Numbered from the stretch's first letter, positions 42,265 to 59,867 are shown. The stretch: 64,000 nt of DNA from Eledone cirrhosa (GCA_964016885.1 OZ024749.1:7688001-7752000), one strand, 5' to 3'. A program made the numbers and translations. The notes: a model not told the origin generated them from the sequence alone.

Positions 42265-42526
42265 TATATATATTTATATATATTTGTATATATATATTTA
42301 TATATATATATGTTTATATATATATATATTTATATATATATATTTATATATATTTATATATATATATTTATATATATATATATTTATATATATATATATT
42401 TATATATATATATTTATATATATATATATTTATATATATATATATTTATATATATATATATTTATATATATATATTTATATATATATATATTTATATATA
42501 TATATTTATATATATATATATTTATA

Positions 42527-42609
<83 letters not shown>

Positions 42610-42861
42610 TTATATATATATATATATATATGTATTTATATATATATATATATATGTATTTATATATATATATATATATGAATATAGACATAGAATATTC
42701 GAAAATACTCTGTATGTTTATAATAAACATTTTGAAGACCTAATCGCTATAGAATAGAATACGTCACGTATTACAATTAGATTTTCGACAAAAGCAAGGG
42801 AAGTAATCTACGCGTTTCATTCTTGTTAGAAATCTTCATTCTCGATAAAAGCACTGGATAT

Positions 42862-42904
42862 GTAGTCCTGAAGATTTCTAACAAGAATGAAACGCGTAGA
42901 TTAC
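42862..42904 (+). ncRNA. minimal type I HHR
   Basis: GTAGTC-CTGAAGA-TTTCTAACAAGAAT-GAAA-CGCG-TA-GATTAC. Confidence 0.9.
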
Positions 42905-43171
42905 TTCCCTTGCTTTTGTCGAGAATCTAATTGTAATACGTGACGTATTCTATTCTATAGCGATTAGGTCTTCAAAATGTTTATTATAAACATACAGAGT
43001 ATTTTCGAATATTCTATGTCTATATTCACATATATATCGCTATTTCAGAGCATTTATTCCAATTTCTAATTTCTGCCGGACCGGCAACCGCTCTTTCAAA
43101 CCAGTTCCTGTACACAGCTAAGTATTCTATAAGTCTCTAGCTGTGTCATTCTCGATAAAAGCACTGGATAT

Positions 43172-43214
43172 GTAGTCCTGAAGATTTCTAACAAGAATGA
43201 AACGCGTAGATTAC
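43172..43214 (+). ncRNA. minimal type I HHR (second tandem copy)
   Basis: Identical to 42862-42904. Confidence 0.9.
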
Positions 43215-43405
43215 TTCCTTGCTTTTGTCGAGAATCTAATTGTAATACGTGACGTATTCTATTCTATAGCGATTAGGTCTTCAAAATGTTTATTATAAAC
43301 ATACAGAGTATTTTCGAATATTCTATGTCTATATTCACATATATATCGCTATTTCAGAGCATTTATTCCAATATATATATATGTATTTATATATATATAT
43401 ATATG

Positions 43406-43735
<330 letters not shown>

Positions 43736-43741
43736 TATATA

Positions 43742-43955
43742 TGATATGAGAAAAACCACAGACCCTCCATCTCAACTCACCTTTTGAAAAGCAGAAGAAC
43801 TGCGAAACCGGTGAAGGAACACAATAAATATATATATTTAAAAAAAAAATAAGACTCCAGTTGCATTTTCGATTTCATCTCTTTTTCTTTATACTTTCAC
43901 TCGTGTAGGACACCTCAGTTATTTTTCATTTTGTAAAGAAAACCTCACTTTCTAA
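43742..43955 (+). mobile_element. family G right arm
   Basis: CCTT-TTGAAAA(43784)-GCAGAAGAACTGC-GAAA-CCGG-TG-AAGG. Confidence 0.8.
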
Positions 43956-44101
43956 TATATTTATATATATATATATTTATATATATATATTTATATATAT
44001 ATATATTTGTATATATATTTATATATATATAAAAATAAATAACGAAATGAAATTAAATTTCGTTTCGTCTGTAACTCACTTTTGTATGACTGACGCTTAA
44101 A

Positions 44102-44185
44102 CAGAAAGGCCGGTAGATAGGTAAATATTGCTGATGAGTTGTAACAACAACGAAACTAGTTCAATATTCCTTGTCTGGCTTTCTG
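44102..44185 (+). ncRNA. minimal type I HHR with extended stem I (family L element ~44030-44395)
   Basis: AATATTG-CTGATGA(44131)-GTTG-TAACAA-CAAC-GAAA-CTAG-TT-CAATATT; outer CAGAAAGGCCGG / CTGGCTTTCTG. Confidence 0.92.
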
Positions 44186-44408
44186 GAGAATAGAGGAAAG
44201 GTGTTTCCTCAAAAACCAGTATGACTCTAAAAACCGGTTTGTCTGTGTGTTTACATACAGAATAGCTGGATACTCACAGTAAAGTAACCAGTGAAAGACT
44301 TCGTACATCTACATATGTATACGTGTGTGTATTCATATGCATACTAGTATTTCAGTATACATATATGGATGTACATTTTTAACTTAATTGTTTATATATA
44401 TATATATT

Positions 44409-44440
<32 letters not shown>

Positions 44441-44852
44441 TATATATATATATTTATATATATATATATTTATATATATATATTTATAAATATATATATT
44501 TATATATATATTTTTATATATATATATTTATAAATATATATATTTATATATGTAGATAAATTATCATATATATATATTTATAAATATATATATTTATATA
44601 TGTAGATAAATTATTTTATATTTATATATATATTTTTATATATATATATATTTATAAATATATATATATTTATAAATATATATATTTATATATATATTTT
44701 TATATATATATATTTATAAATATATATATATTTATAAATATATATATATTTATAAATATATATATTTATATATATATATTTATAAATATATATATTTATA
44801 TATATATATATTTATATATATATATTTATATATATATAATTATATATACCTA

Positions 44853-44989
44853 AAAATTATACAAACTATCAAAGAGAATATACATACCAACACATATATA
44901 TGCGGCCTTCAGAAATAAATGATTTATTTCTGAAGACAGCATATATATGTGTTGGTATGTATATTCTCTTTGATAGTTTGTATAATTTT
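44853..44989. mobile_element. fold-back with 68-bp arms and 1-nt spacer; tail on the right
   Basis: Centre at 44921, two mismatches, left end in (TA)n. Confidence 0.8.
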
Positions 44990-45166
44990 GTACATAGATC
45001 TTTTGAATATGCATGCCAATTCTAACACATATATGTCCTAGAAACGATCGTTAAATGATGAACTTTTTTTGTTTAATATAAGAAGCTGTTTCATTGTTTT
45101 ATTCATTATTTTTTTAATATTTTATATATATATATATTTATATATATATATACCTATATATATACC

Positions 45167-45197
<31 letters not shown>

Positions 45198-45210
45198 ATA
45201 TATATATATA

Positions 45211-45985
45211 TAAGTATCTACACGTACATACATATATATATACAGACGTACAGTAGTATGTATATGTATATAGATACATGCACACATATATATATGTACG
45301 TATGGATTTACGGAACATTTATTATAATGCTCGGTGTGTTTGTAAGCAAACATCCCGTATTAAGCCGTAGTGTCCAGCACCCATCGTTGCTCGTTGATGA
45401 ACACTGACAAATGAACGCTGTACTAGTTTCAAGCTTATTAGCTATCGTCAGCAACTTATACCTGTACCTCTGTATACATATATGTATGTACGTGTACATA
45501 CTTGTATTTAAGTAACAGCCGTACTAAGAGTGGGAAATGAAATTTCGTTTAATTTTTTCCGTTTATCGTTTTCGGTGCACCCGGCCGAGTAACCCACTCG
45601 ATATGCAAATTGGGCTACTCAGCCGTTAATATGCATAAGGTAAGTATATACGTTCAACAATCTGGCAGGAAGGTATACGTTGCTGACGATAGCTAATAAG
45701 CTTGAAACTAGTACAGCGTTCCTTTGTCAGTGTTGAACAAACGAGCAACGATGGTTGCTGGATTCTACGGCTTATTAAAAGATGTTTGTTTACAAACACA
45801 CCGAGCATTATAATAAATGTTCGGTGAATCCATACGTACATATATATATGTGTGCATGTATGTATATATATATACATACTACTGTACGTCTGTATACATA
45901 TATGTAAGTACGTATACATACTTATATTTAAGTAACAGCCGTACTCAGAGTGGGAAATGAAATTTCGTTTCATTTTTTCCGTTTA
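45211..45985 (+). mobile_element. family K: tail-less inverted arm (45211-45460) plus ~1.2 plus-strand units
   Basis: Minus HHR TCGTCAG at 45445; plus HHR CTGACGA at 45683. Confidence 0.9.
45677..45719 (+). ncRNA. minimal type I HHR (family K)
   Basis: ACGTTG-CTGACGA-TAGCTAATAAGCTT-GAAA-CTAG-TA-CAGCGT. Confidence 0.9.
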
Positions 45986-46677
45986 TATATATATATTTAT
46001 ATATATATATATATTTATATATATATAAATATATATATATGTATATATGCACACTGTCCCGAAAAATGTATACGCACTTCAACAACATGTGGACATTTTT
46101 TATGTATATCTCTACATATCATCTCTCAATCTTTCTCTCCATTCTCTCTTACTTCTCTCCAGCCACCTTCTTACCCCTTTCCTTTTCTTTTTCGCTCTCT
46201 GTCTCTGTCTGCCTCTCTTCTCCCTTCTCTCACCACCTCCCTCTCTCTCCCCCTCTCTCTCCCTTCCCTCTCCCTGGCCCTCTCTCTCACCCTCTCAGTG
46301 CTGTCACCATAACATACAATACCCGACATCAGGTGTTAGTGTGTTCCCAGTCCAGTGGAATTAGTATTCCGAGTTAACAAAAGCTGCTCTAGATCTTACC
46401 GAATCTCTATTACATACAGCATGGTATTACTTAGTACTGCGCTAGATAATTACAATGAGAGGATTAAGCCCTTGAGCATTGAGTATCTTATTTTCTATAA
46501 TAATTCCATTCAGAAAAGGTGACTGTGTTATAAGAGCCGCCACCCATCTAGCCAACACGAGACAGTCGATTGGACCGGACCAATCAGAGATTTGGTTAAC
46601 TAACATTTTGACCTGATTCTATCATCTGATCAACTCGGAACTAAATCTCGGATCAACGATGATAAAAAGTAAAGAAA

Positions 46678-47270
46678 AAACACTTAACATCTATAAAATC
46701 AGAGTGAGGTAAAATACTTTTAAACACAAAAAAACACTTAACATCTATAAAATCAGAGTGAGGTAAAATACTTTTAAACACAAATAAACACTTAACATCT
46801 ATAAAATCAGAGTGAGGTAAAATACTTTTAAACACAAAAAAAACACTTAACATCTATAAAATCAGAGTGAGGTAAAATACTTTTAAACACAAATAAACAC
46901 TTAACATCTATAAAATCAGAGTGAGGTAAAATACTTTTAAACACAAATAAACACTTAACATCTATAAAATCAGAGTGACGTAAAATACTTTTAAACACAA
47001 ATAAACACTTAACATCTATAAAATCAGAGTGACGTAAAATACTTTTAAACACAAATAAACACTTAACATCTATAAAATCAGAGTGAGGTAAAATACTTTT
47101 AAACACAAAAAAACACTTAACATCTATAAAATCAGAGTGAGGTAAAATACTTTTAAACACAAAAAAACACTTAACATCTATAAAATCAGAGTGAGGTAAA
47201 ATACTTTTAAACACAAAAAAACACTTAACATCTATAAAATCAGAGTGAGGTAAAATACTTTATAACATCT
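46678..47270. repeat. 54-bp minisatellite (~11 copies)
   Basis: AAACACTTAACATCTATAAAATCAGAGTGAGGTAAAATACTTTTAAACACAAA(T/A). Confidence 0.97.
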
Positions 47271-47420
47271 AGTTACGGACTTTTACGTTCTGAGTTCTCA
47301 ACCCGGCCGACGTCAAATTCACCTTTCATCCTTCCGATCTTAAGAAAGTACCGCTCAAGTTCTTGGAATGATATAATCGACATTTCCCTCTCCTCAAACT
47401 GTCTAAATCAAAAACAATTC
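47270..47420 (+). mobile_element. old SINE S1 fragment
   Basis: GTTACGGACTTTTACGTTCTGAGTT..CCTTTCATCCTTCC..AAAGTACC. Confidence 0.65.
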
Positions 47421-48257
47421 ATTATGAAATCATCCCATCCGTTCTACTAAGAACTTCCCTTAGCGCCTTAATTTTATCTGGAAGATAAGGATGGCATGGT
47501 GTCGTAAATAATTTTGTTTCTTTTTCGAAACATTTCAAGACGCAGCTACAGAAAGATCAAGAAATATGTACTAGATTTGTAAAAGTAAATAATTTCCGTT
47601 GATATGTTCGAATAAAACCCCATCAAATTGTTGCCCCAGCATGGCAAAAGTCTAATGACAAAAACCAGTAAAATTCAATAAATGAAACCAAGTAAAAAAT
47701 ATATAAACTAACTGATCAATTATGCATTAATTCAAATATCGATAGATTGAAAACTGCGTATCGATGAAAATTTAGCTGTTGCATCTTAATATTTTCTCAA
47801 ACCTTTCTGAATTTTAACCAATAATCTCAGTTTTCTACGTTTCATAGACATTCGATTTTAACCTATGTGATGTAACAGACGGAGAAGAGAGGGATAAATA
47901 TATATTTTACTTGTGTCCTGTTCATTATTTATTAAAGCCATGTTTTTATTCCCTACTTTGTTCATTTTCACGGAGATTTCATCGCTCAAAATTACATTAC
48001 ATAGCTCCGACCTGGTCATTGCTACAATCAAAGCTACACCCTAACTTTAGATTAATGTGTTAATATTTCTCCTTCCATTTTCCTATTCGCCATTGTTAAT
48101 TCTTGTAATATAGCAACTGCAACTGCAACAACAACGACAACAACAATAACTACTACAAATCTGTTCAATTTTCTTTTGAATCTGTTTTCCAATACCTTTC
48201 TCGCATGTTGCTTATTGAATCATCCTATTAGATCAAATAAATGCAGCGGGAATGCTT

Positions 48258-49987
<1,730 letters not shown>

Positions 49988-50374
49988 ATAAACACATACA
50001 TACATACATATATACATACATAACATAACATAACATAACCTAATTGCACCGTGAATCATTATTAATTCATAGGAAATGTTCAACATAAAAGTTAATTACC
50101 AATGATGTATTTTTAAGTAGGTTTTCTAAACGTTTGGCTCGCTGTTATCAAAGTTGAGCTTGTTTGATGGCACATTTGTCTAAATACATTATACGTTAAT
50201 ATTGGATATATACAATAGGGAAACAAAAAGATACGAAAGAAAGGCGACGAAATAGGAATTTCAGTTTGTCAGATCCATGAAATAGTAAGTGAAATAGCCG
50301 CTAATATCAATCGTCGAAAGCTCAAAACTGAAATATAATTTCTAGAAGCAAATAGAATCAAACACCATTTCTTC

Positions 50375-50413
<39 letters not shown>

Positions 50414-50864
50414 GATGTGTGAATATTTTCTGGAAAGGTATATCATTTTTAGCATTGCAAACAATAGATGGTTTTAGATTAACGGATAAATAGAAAAACG
50501 AAAATAGTTTTTATCTCTTGGTAAATGTCATATGGGACTGGTTGGGTGGGAAGAGTTGATTGCTAATCATAGGTAAAACGTCAGCTATAAATTATTACTG
50601 AAGTAGCACTAACATTGTTTACGCCTTCTAATGTTTTATTTAGCAGGTATCTTCTGCAAGTAAAACTAATACAAATAATAAAGAACTACTACAACAAAAG
50701 ATTAGATACATTAGTGTAATGTTGGTGATAATATTAGATACCTATTGACGTGACAAAATAATGACACCAGACACTCCAACGAAGGCCGCATCACATCTCA
50801 GAATTAGAAATTTCACACACACCTACATTTCTGTATATCTATCTACCTATCTATCTATCTATAC

Positions 50865-50940
<76 letters not shown>

Positions 50941-51262
50941 GTCTGTATTTGTCTGTCTAGGAATTATTTGTGCGCAGGCTTTGTTTTACGTTACAGTATA
51001 ACAACTTTTGCAGCCCCTGTATACACACACATACACACACAACACACACACATATATATAGATATGTACGTATATTTGAATATATAAAAGAATATATACA
51101 TGTATATATATGTATGTATATATGTATATATATATATAATTATATATAAATAAATATATATATATATATATATACATATATATATAAATAAATATATATA
51201 TATATACATATATATACATATATATATATATATATACATATATATACATATATATATATAAT

Positions 51263-51436
51263 AAAGAATTCATATCTAGTAACATATATATACATACAGA
51301 TGCATATCAATGCTAGCAAATATATAGGTTTTGTCTTAATAACAGTGTGGTTCAATGCATGGGGTTGCAGAACAATAATATAAGGGACGTAAAATAAGAA
51401 AATTATAAAATTAACTTACTTACTAAAATATCACTT

Positions 51437-51440
<4 letters not shown>
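51263..51440 (-). mobile_element. family E 3' fragment with tail
   Basis: Matches 32207-32380. Confidence 0.8.
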
Positions 51441-51477
<37 letters not shown>

Positions 51478-51661
51478 CCAAAGGAATTGTGGTAAGGAAC
51501 CAAATGGACCAGAACGCACCAGAGTAATCGATAATTAGGATAGTAGAGTGGGAAATAGGAAAAAAAGTATGACCCCCGACGCAGAGCTCAAGCCGTTTCG
51601 ACGGCTATTTCTGGTCCAGAAATAGCCGTCGAAACGGCTTGAGCTCTGCCGTCGGGGCCAT

Positions 51662-51666
<5 letters not shown>
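51478..51666. mobile_element. family H fold-back (arms ~51564-51614 / 51616-51666) carrying the 3' half of an HHR
   Basis: GCCGTC-GAAA-CGGC-TTGAGCTCT-GCCG-TC-GGGG. Confidence 0.8.
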
Positions 51667-51729
<63 letters not shown>

Positions 51730-51790
51730 TATAAATATATATACATATATATATATATATAAATATATGCATATAAATATATGCATATAA

Positions 51791-51861
<71 letters not shown>

Positions 51862-51872
51862 TATGCATATCA

Positions 51873-51903
<31 letters not shown>

Positions 51904-52347
51904 AATATATATATATATGTATATGTATATATTTATTTATATATATGTATGTATATATATATATAAATATATGCATATCAATATATATAAATATATATAT
52001 ATATATATAAATATATATATATATGTATATGTATATATTTATTTATATATATGTATGTATATATATATATATAAATATATGCATATCAATATATATAAAT
52101 ATATATATATATATATAAATATATATATATATGTATATGTATATATTTATTTATATATATGTATGTATATATATATTTATTTATATGTATGTATATATAT
52201 TTACATATATATATAAATATAAATATATATATGTATGTATATATATATTTATATATATGTATGTATATATATTTACATATATATATATAAATATAAATAT
52301 ATATATGTAGGTATATATATATTTATATATATGTATATATATGTATT

Positions 52348-52405
<58 letters not shown>

Positions 52406-52478
52406 AATATATATATATAAATATATATATATAAATATATATACATATACATATAAATATATTTACATATACATATAA

Positions 52479-52885
<407 letters not shown>

Positions 52886-53302
52886 GCATGCGCAAAGAAG
52901 ACAAAATAAAATGAAAAAACAAACAAATAAATATATAAACAGACTAAATAAAGATGGCGTAGTCATACAATGTAACGGGAGGAAACAATAGCACCACTGA
53001 CGATGATGCAGATGTGCAACGAAAGAACTTTGATAAACTATATATATATGTGTTTGTGTCTATATTGTATCTGTATTATTTTTGACCGTTGGTCAGTCAA
53101 TGGCAACATTGAGGACCGAATAAATTAGATTACCGATATAAAAGACACAGAAGCGAAAAGCGAAAACCAACCAAGCAGTGAGTGTGTTCTGTTATTAATT
53201 CTGGCAATATTACACAAATATGACCCTCCCCATGTATAACAATATATATATATATATATATATACATGAAAAGTGTAATTTTCTACACAAAACAAAGGTT
53301 AT

Positions 53303-53835
<533 letters not shown>

Positions 53836-53861
53836 TTATATATATATACTTATATATATAT

Positions 53862-53945
<84 letters not shown>

Positions 53946-54018
53946 CATATATAGCAGGTACAGTGAATTTTTTAAAATTTACTTTAAAACTTTTTCTTAT
54001 TTGCTAAACCTTGATTAT

Positions 54019-54085
<67 letters not shown>

Positions 54086-54732
54086 TAGATAGATATATAT
54101 ATATACATAGATATAGATATACATATATACATATACATATATATATATATTCATCATTCCGCTAAATTGTATTCACAACAAACAATAATGTGTTAAATCT
54201 AGTTTCGTTGGTGGTTTATGATAGTAAGTTAATAATATCGGTGAATACATCGCCTCTCTTATGTACATGTCATAACTTCTTTCCCTCTGTTCAGCTTAGT
54301 AAGAGACACAGGGGTTATAATTTGATCTAAATTGTCAAATTTCAAGTTAGGATATTTCAAAATAGAATCAGTTTTTTCTGTAAAAATTGAGCTGAACGAA
54401 CAAGAAAATAGGTTAAAAACTTCAACAAAGATATTATCATTTATTTGTGGATGTGTCTGTCTGTCAGTGTGTCAGTTTATGTCTGTCCGTGTGTGTGTGT
54501 GTGTGTGCCTGTGTGGCTGCTTGTTTGCGCTTTGTATATAATATTTCTTCTTACTTAAATATAGATAACAGAATATAGATATCTCGTAATATGTCAATTC
54601 TACTAAACAATACTCGGTTAAAAGAACAATGACCAATATTTATTTAACACAACACACACACATACACACACACACACCCGACCCCCACACACACACATAC
54701 ACACACACACATATATATATTTATATATATAA

Positions 54733-54875
54733 AATCAGTGATGCATCTGGACTTAGTTTATTTCGTGTTACAAATGTTTCGCCGGCATGTAGCTCGAGTC
54801 ATGGTCCCTGTATGGATCTGGCTGATTCTACTTCTGCGGGTTCTTTCAGACACGTCTGTTATGTCCGGAGCAAAT
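54733..54875 (-). mobile_element. family C relative
   Basis: Minus strand CGTGT-CTGAAAGA-(~60 nt)-GAAA-CATTTG-TA-ACACG. Confidence 0.7.
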
Positions 54876-54975
54876 TCTTTTTTTTTTTTTTGATAATTCC
54901 TACACTCTACTCTGATGAATATCGAGTGCTAATTTTGGCATACCGCCTACGGAAGCACCATAGCTACCACTATAC

Positions 54976-55006
<31 letters not shown>

Positions 55007-55014
55007 GATAGATA

Positions 55015-55221
55015 TAACGAAGGAAATGTGGTAAGGAACCAGGTGGACCATAACGCACCAAAGTACTCAATATTTAGGGTAGTAGAGTGGGTAAGAGGAA
55101 CCAGTAAGACCCCGACGGCTGAGCTCAAGCCGTTTCGACGGCTAATTCTGGATTCAATTAGCTGTCCAGAATTAGCCGTCAAAACGGCTTGAGCTCAGCC
55201 GTCGGGGTCTTACTGGTTCCT
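55015..55221. mobile_element. family H fold-back (57-bp arms 55096-55152 / 55165-55221)
   Basis: 12-nt spacer, tail on the left, (TA)n on both sides. Confidence 0.85.
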
Positions 55222-55334
55222 ATATATATATATAGATAGATAGATATATAGATAGATAGATAATAGATCCACATCCATGCATGAATATGTGTGTGTTTGC
55301 ATGTATATAGAGATGGCAACCTGAATGGACCTGT

Positions 55335-55530
55335 TCTTTTTCTCTAAAAATATATTTTCCCATTCTGCCCTTCCCATCCCTTCATTCTTTCTCATTTCTC
55401 ATTCTTTCTTCTGGTGAAAGTCTAACGTCCGAAACGTTAATACCCTCTTCCTGCTACACCAAACGTTAAACTAATATGTTCCTTCTATATACCGTACCGT
55501 TTGTGTTGTTACTTCTGTTTACCTTTTACA
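55335..55530 (+). mobile_element. family B copy
   Basis: CTGGTGA(55411)-AAGTCTAACGTCC-GAAACGTTA. Confidence 0.7.
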
Positions 55531-55551
55531 CACACACACACACACATACTA

Positions 55552-55671
<120 letters not shown>

Positions 55672-55688
55672 GTATATATATGTGCCTG

Positions 55689-55735
<47 letters not shown>

Positions 55736-55736
<1 letters not shown>

Positions 55737-55837
55737 AACGGCTTCTATAGGACTTGAACTGTTGCATTCGAAGGAATTATCAGGAAAGCCTGGTGATTTC
55801 CTTCGAATGAAACAGTTCTAGTCCTGTAGAAGCCATT
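55736..55837. mobile_element. family O fold-back (49-bp arms, 4-nt spacer) with degenerate HHR
   Basis: Plus arm CTGGTGA-TTTCCTTCGAAT-GAAA; minus arm CTGATAA-TTCCTTCGAAT-GCAA. Confidence 0.65.
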
Positions 55838-56500
55838 TATATATTAAATATTGTATATACTCTACGATGTATTCAGTACCTTACTTACTGTGGTTATTGA
55901 AACCGAGATACACACGCACAAACAGACATACGTATATATATATATACCATTATATATTGTAGCCCGTGACAGATTTTATTATCTATATAGAAAATAATTT
56001 TAAATTTCATAAATTTGTTGGAATTTTTTTTAACTCTCAGAATATTACTGGAGAATTAATTAAAATAAAAAAAGCTAACACGGTCTTCATGGCGCGCTAC
56101 AGATACGAAGAAGCGCCGATATATTCCATTTTGAGTTACATTTAAGTTTAGATTTAAATCAGATAAATGCATTTAACGAGTACACAATATGTTTAGCTAC
56201 TTCTAGATAAGGAGTAAAGTTATGTTTATATATGAGGTTTTGTATTCTGTTTCATCCTTAAAGCAACAGATATGCTGGAATTCCTGATAAATATATATAT
56301 TTGTATTGTTATATTTTTCTTAAGGTTTTTTTCGGTGTTGCTCTGAAGAGAAACGGCAAAACCAAAACAATCGCCAATATGTCACTATAGAAAAAATATA
56401 TCTGGAAATGTTCAGAGTTCATAATATACCTGGAGAGATATATGTTTGTTGTTACTTCAATTACTAAAATAATCATAAAACACGCACGCATGAAGATATG

Positions 56501-56623
<123 letters not shown>

Positions 56624-56842
56624 ATTTATATACATTTGTAAGAGTGTGTGAGTGTGTATGTATATGTGTGTTTATGTGTGTATATGTAAGTATGTATGAT
56701 TGTATGTATGTTTGTGTGTATATGTATATGTGTGTATGTATGTAGGTGTGTGTTATGTATATATGTATATATATATAAGTGTGTATGTATGTATGTATAT
56801 ACTTATACACATGTATGCATTTATATATACATATATATATAT

Positions 56843-56910
<68 letters not shown>

Positions 56911-57442
56911 TCCATCAAAATAACAATGCGTTTCCTTTATTTTTTTACGACCCCCCGCCCACCGTCCAACCTTACCAGATTTCATGTAAGGAACTATATA
57001 ATAAAATATATGACAACTTTACAACGGTGTTTCAAAGGTTGCGCCCTCAACGATTTATCAAATACACAACAAAATGGAAGTATGCTTTACAAATATCGAT
57101 ATATATCTATCTAACTATCTAGTTACACACATACATGTACTCTCACATACATACATACATACACACATACATATACATACATATATACATACATATATAT
57201 ATATATATATACAAATATATATATATAAATATAAATTTAATAAAAATAATGAATAAAAACAAAGAAACAGTTCCTTACATTAAAAAATTCATCATTTTAC
57301 GATCGTTTCTATATATATTTATATATATTATATTTATATATATATGTATATGCATATATTTAAATATATATATATACATATATATATATATATTATATTT
57401 ATATATATATGTATATGCTTATATTTATATATATATTATATG

Positions 57443-57480
<38 letters not shown>

Positions 57481-58547
57481 GAGAGAGAAATATGTATATA
57501 TATATGTATAGATATATATATATAGATAAATATACATATATAAGGAAAGAAACACAAATTCTTACTGGTGGCAAAAACCAGTAGGTATTTCAATAAAAAA
57601 GATATATATATATATATGTGTGTATGTGTGTGTTTGTGTGCGTGTGTTTGATTGTGTGTATGTGTGTATATATTGTGTGTATATATATATAATTTATGTA
57701 TATATAATTTATATATATATAATATATATATAATTTATAATTATTTTACCATGCTTTCATCAGAAATATTTCTAATATTGAAACCACGATCGTCAAATAA
57801 GCATTTTTAATAAGGATTTCATTTCATGAATTATTTCCTTTATGTTACTTTTCTCTTTTCATCAAATTTTGATTTCTTTAAGAAACAACCTTACAAAGCA
57901 AGAAACATAAAAAAAAAATTTTTTTTTTAAATACCAAAATACATCATGATATTCGATTCATCGATCATCTTTTTTGTCTAAATTCTTCGTGGCATCACTA
58001 AGAAAGGAAGCAGTTACAATATATTATTTTATATTTATAATAACTTTTATTATTTTATTAAACATTCAATATTTCTTATTGGAAGAAAAGTGAACAGTGA
58101 TTTATAATTTGGCTTCATGTGTTTATGTGTATTTTAGTTTAGGTTTTATATAGTGCCGTATATGCATGACTGAGGAAATACATAGGTACATAAGTATGGA
58201 CACAAGTGCATTTATTTGCAACTTACATATATACACATATATGTACCTGTACTTGCATGAACAGATTTACACTTGCCTACAGACATGGACACTTACAAGC
58301 CCCTGTATATTTATATATATACATCTGTATATGTATATATGCGTATGTATATATGTATATGTATGTATATGTATATATGCATATGTATGTATATATATAT
58401 ATATGTATATATATATGTATATATATGTATATATATGTATATACATTCATATGGGTACATAAATACGTACACGCATACATATATAAAACGTCAGGATATG
58501 ATTAAACATGTAAATGTTAATACATAAATATTGTATGTTTTTGTATG

Positions 58548-58578
<31 letters not shown>

Positions 58579-58680
58579 TTGTATGTATATGGATATATAT
58601 ATATATAATAATTTATATATGCTTATATATATATGCTTATATATATATATACATATATATACATATATATATATATATAC

Positions 58681-58775
<95 letters not shown>

Positions 58776-58857
58776 ATATATATATATATAAATATATATA
58801 TAAATATATATATATATATAATATATATAATATATATATATATATATATAAATTTAT

Positions 58858-58889
<32 letters not shown>

Positions 58890-58890
58890 A

Positions 58891-58954
<64 letters not shown>

Positions 58955-58971
58955 TGTTATATATATATGTA

Positions 58972-59006
<35 letters not shown>

Positions 59007-59023
59007 TGTTATATATATATGTA

Positions 59024-59063
<40 letters not shown>

Positions 59064-59451
59064 TATATATATATATATATTTATATAAACATAAATTATT
59101 GAGAATCGCTTTTCGGCCCACGAAATAACGAAAAACAACCTCCGGGATGTGTGGCAAGTGCTCAATGATACAGATGAACCAGAGCTATAACAAACGTTAA
59201 AGGCCAAACACACTGAGACGCTGGTTAAACAATCATTCTCATTGCTAAAAAACCGAACAAGTAATTCGGGTCAAACAAATAAAAAATATCTTGGATTGAA
59301 AATTTACCCGGAACCCTGGAAGGTTGGTAAAATCCAGTATTTGGGTTTCTGCGGCTCCTAAATCAAGTACTGTCCGCTTACATAAATAATGTTAGGCTTC
59401 TGATATATATATATTTATATATATATATAAATTTATATATATATATAAATT

Positions 59452-59486
<35 letters not shown>

Positions 59487-59513
59487 ATATAAATTTATAT
59501 ATATATATAAATT

Positions 59514-59548
<35 letters not shown>

Positions 59549-59740
59549 ATATATATATATAATCCTATCACTTCTATCCTCTCACTCCTAGCATGTTGCT
59601 GTCTTACCACCTCTTTTTGCCTTCACTCTCATTATTCGATGAATTCTAATACACTCGCGCTTCAAGACATTTTTCGAGAAACATTTGTTTACACACACCC
59701 ACACACACACACACACACAAATATATATATATATATATAT

Positions 59741-59860
59741 ATGAAGGACTAGCGTCCGAAACGTTACGACCCTCTTCCTGCTATATCAAGCGTTAACCTA
59801 ATATATCCCTTCCATATACTGTACCGATTGTGTTGTTATTTCTGTTTACCTTTTACATAC
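59741..59860 (+). mobile_element. family B copy truncated inside the HHR core
   Basis: (TA)n-ATGA-AGGACTAGCGTCC-GAAACGTTA. Confidence 0.75.
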
Positions 59861-59867
59861 ATACATT

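Larger units (their letters stand above)
42679..43372 (+). mobile_element. family F: inverted 160-bp arm plus tandem 310-nt HHR-to-HHR unit
   Basis: 42679-42838 is inverted to 42869-43028 (one mismatch seen); CTGAAGA at 42868 and 43178. Confidence 0.92.

Noticed and set aside
52998-53030. CTGACGA..TGCA/TGCA..GAAA HHR-like match; also CTGATGA at ~54912
   Set aside because: No convincing stem III/UH or stem I.
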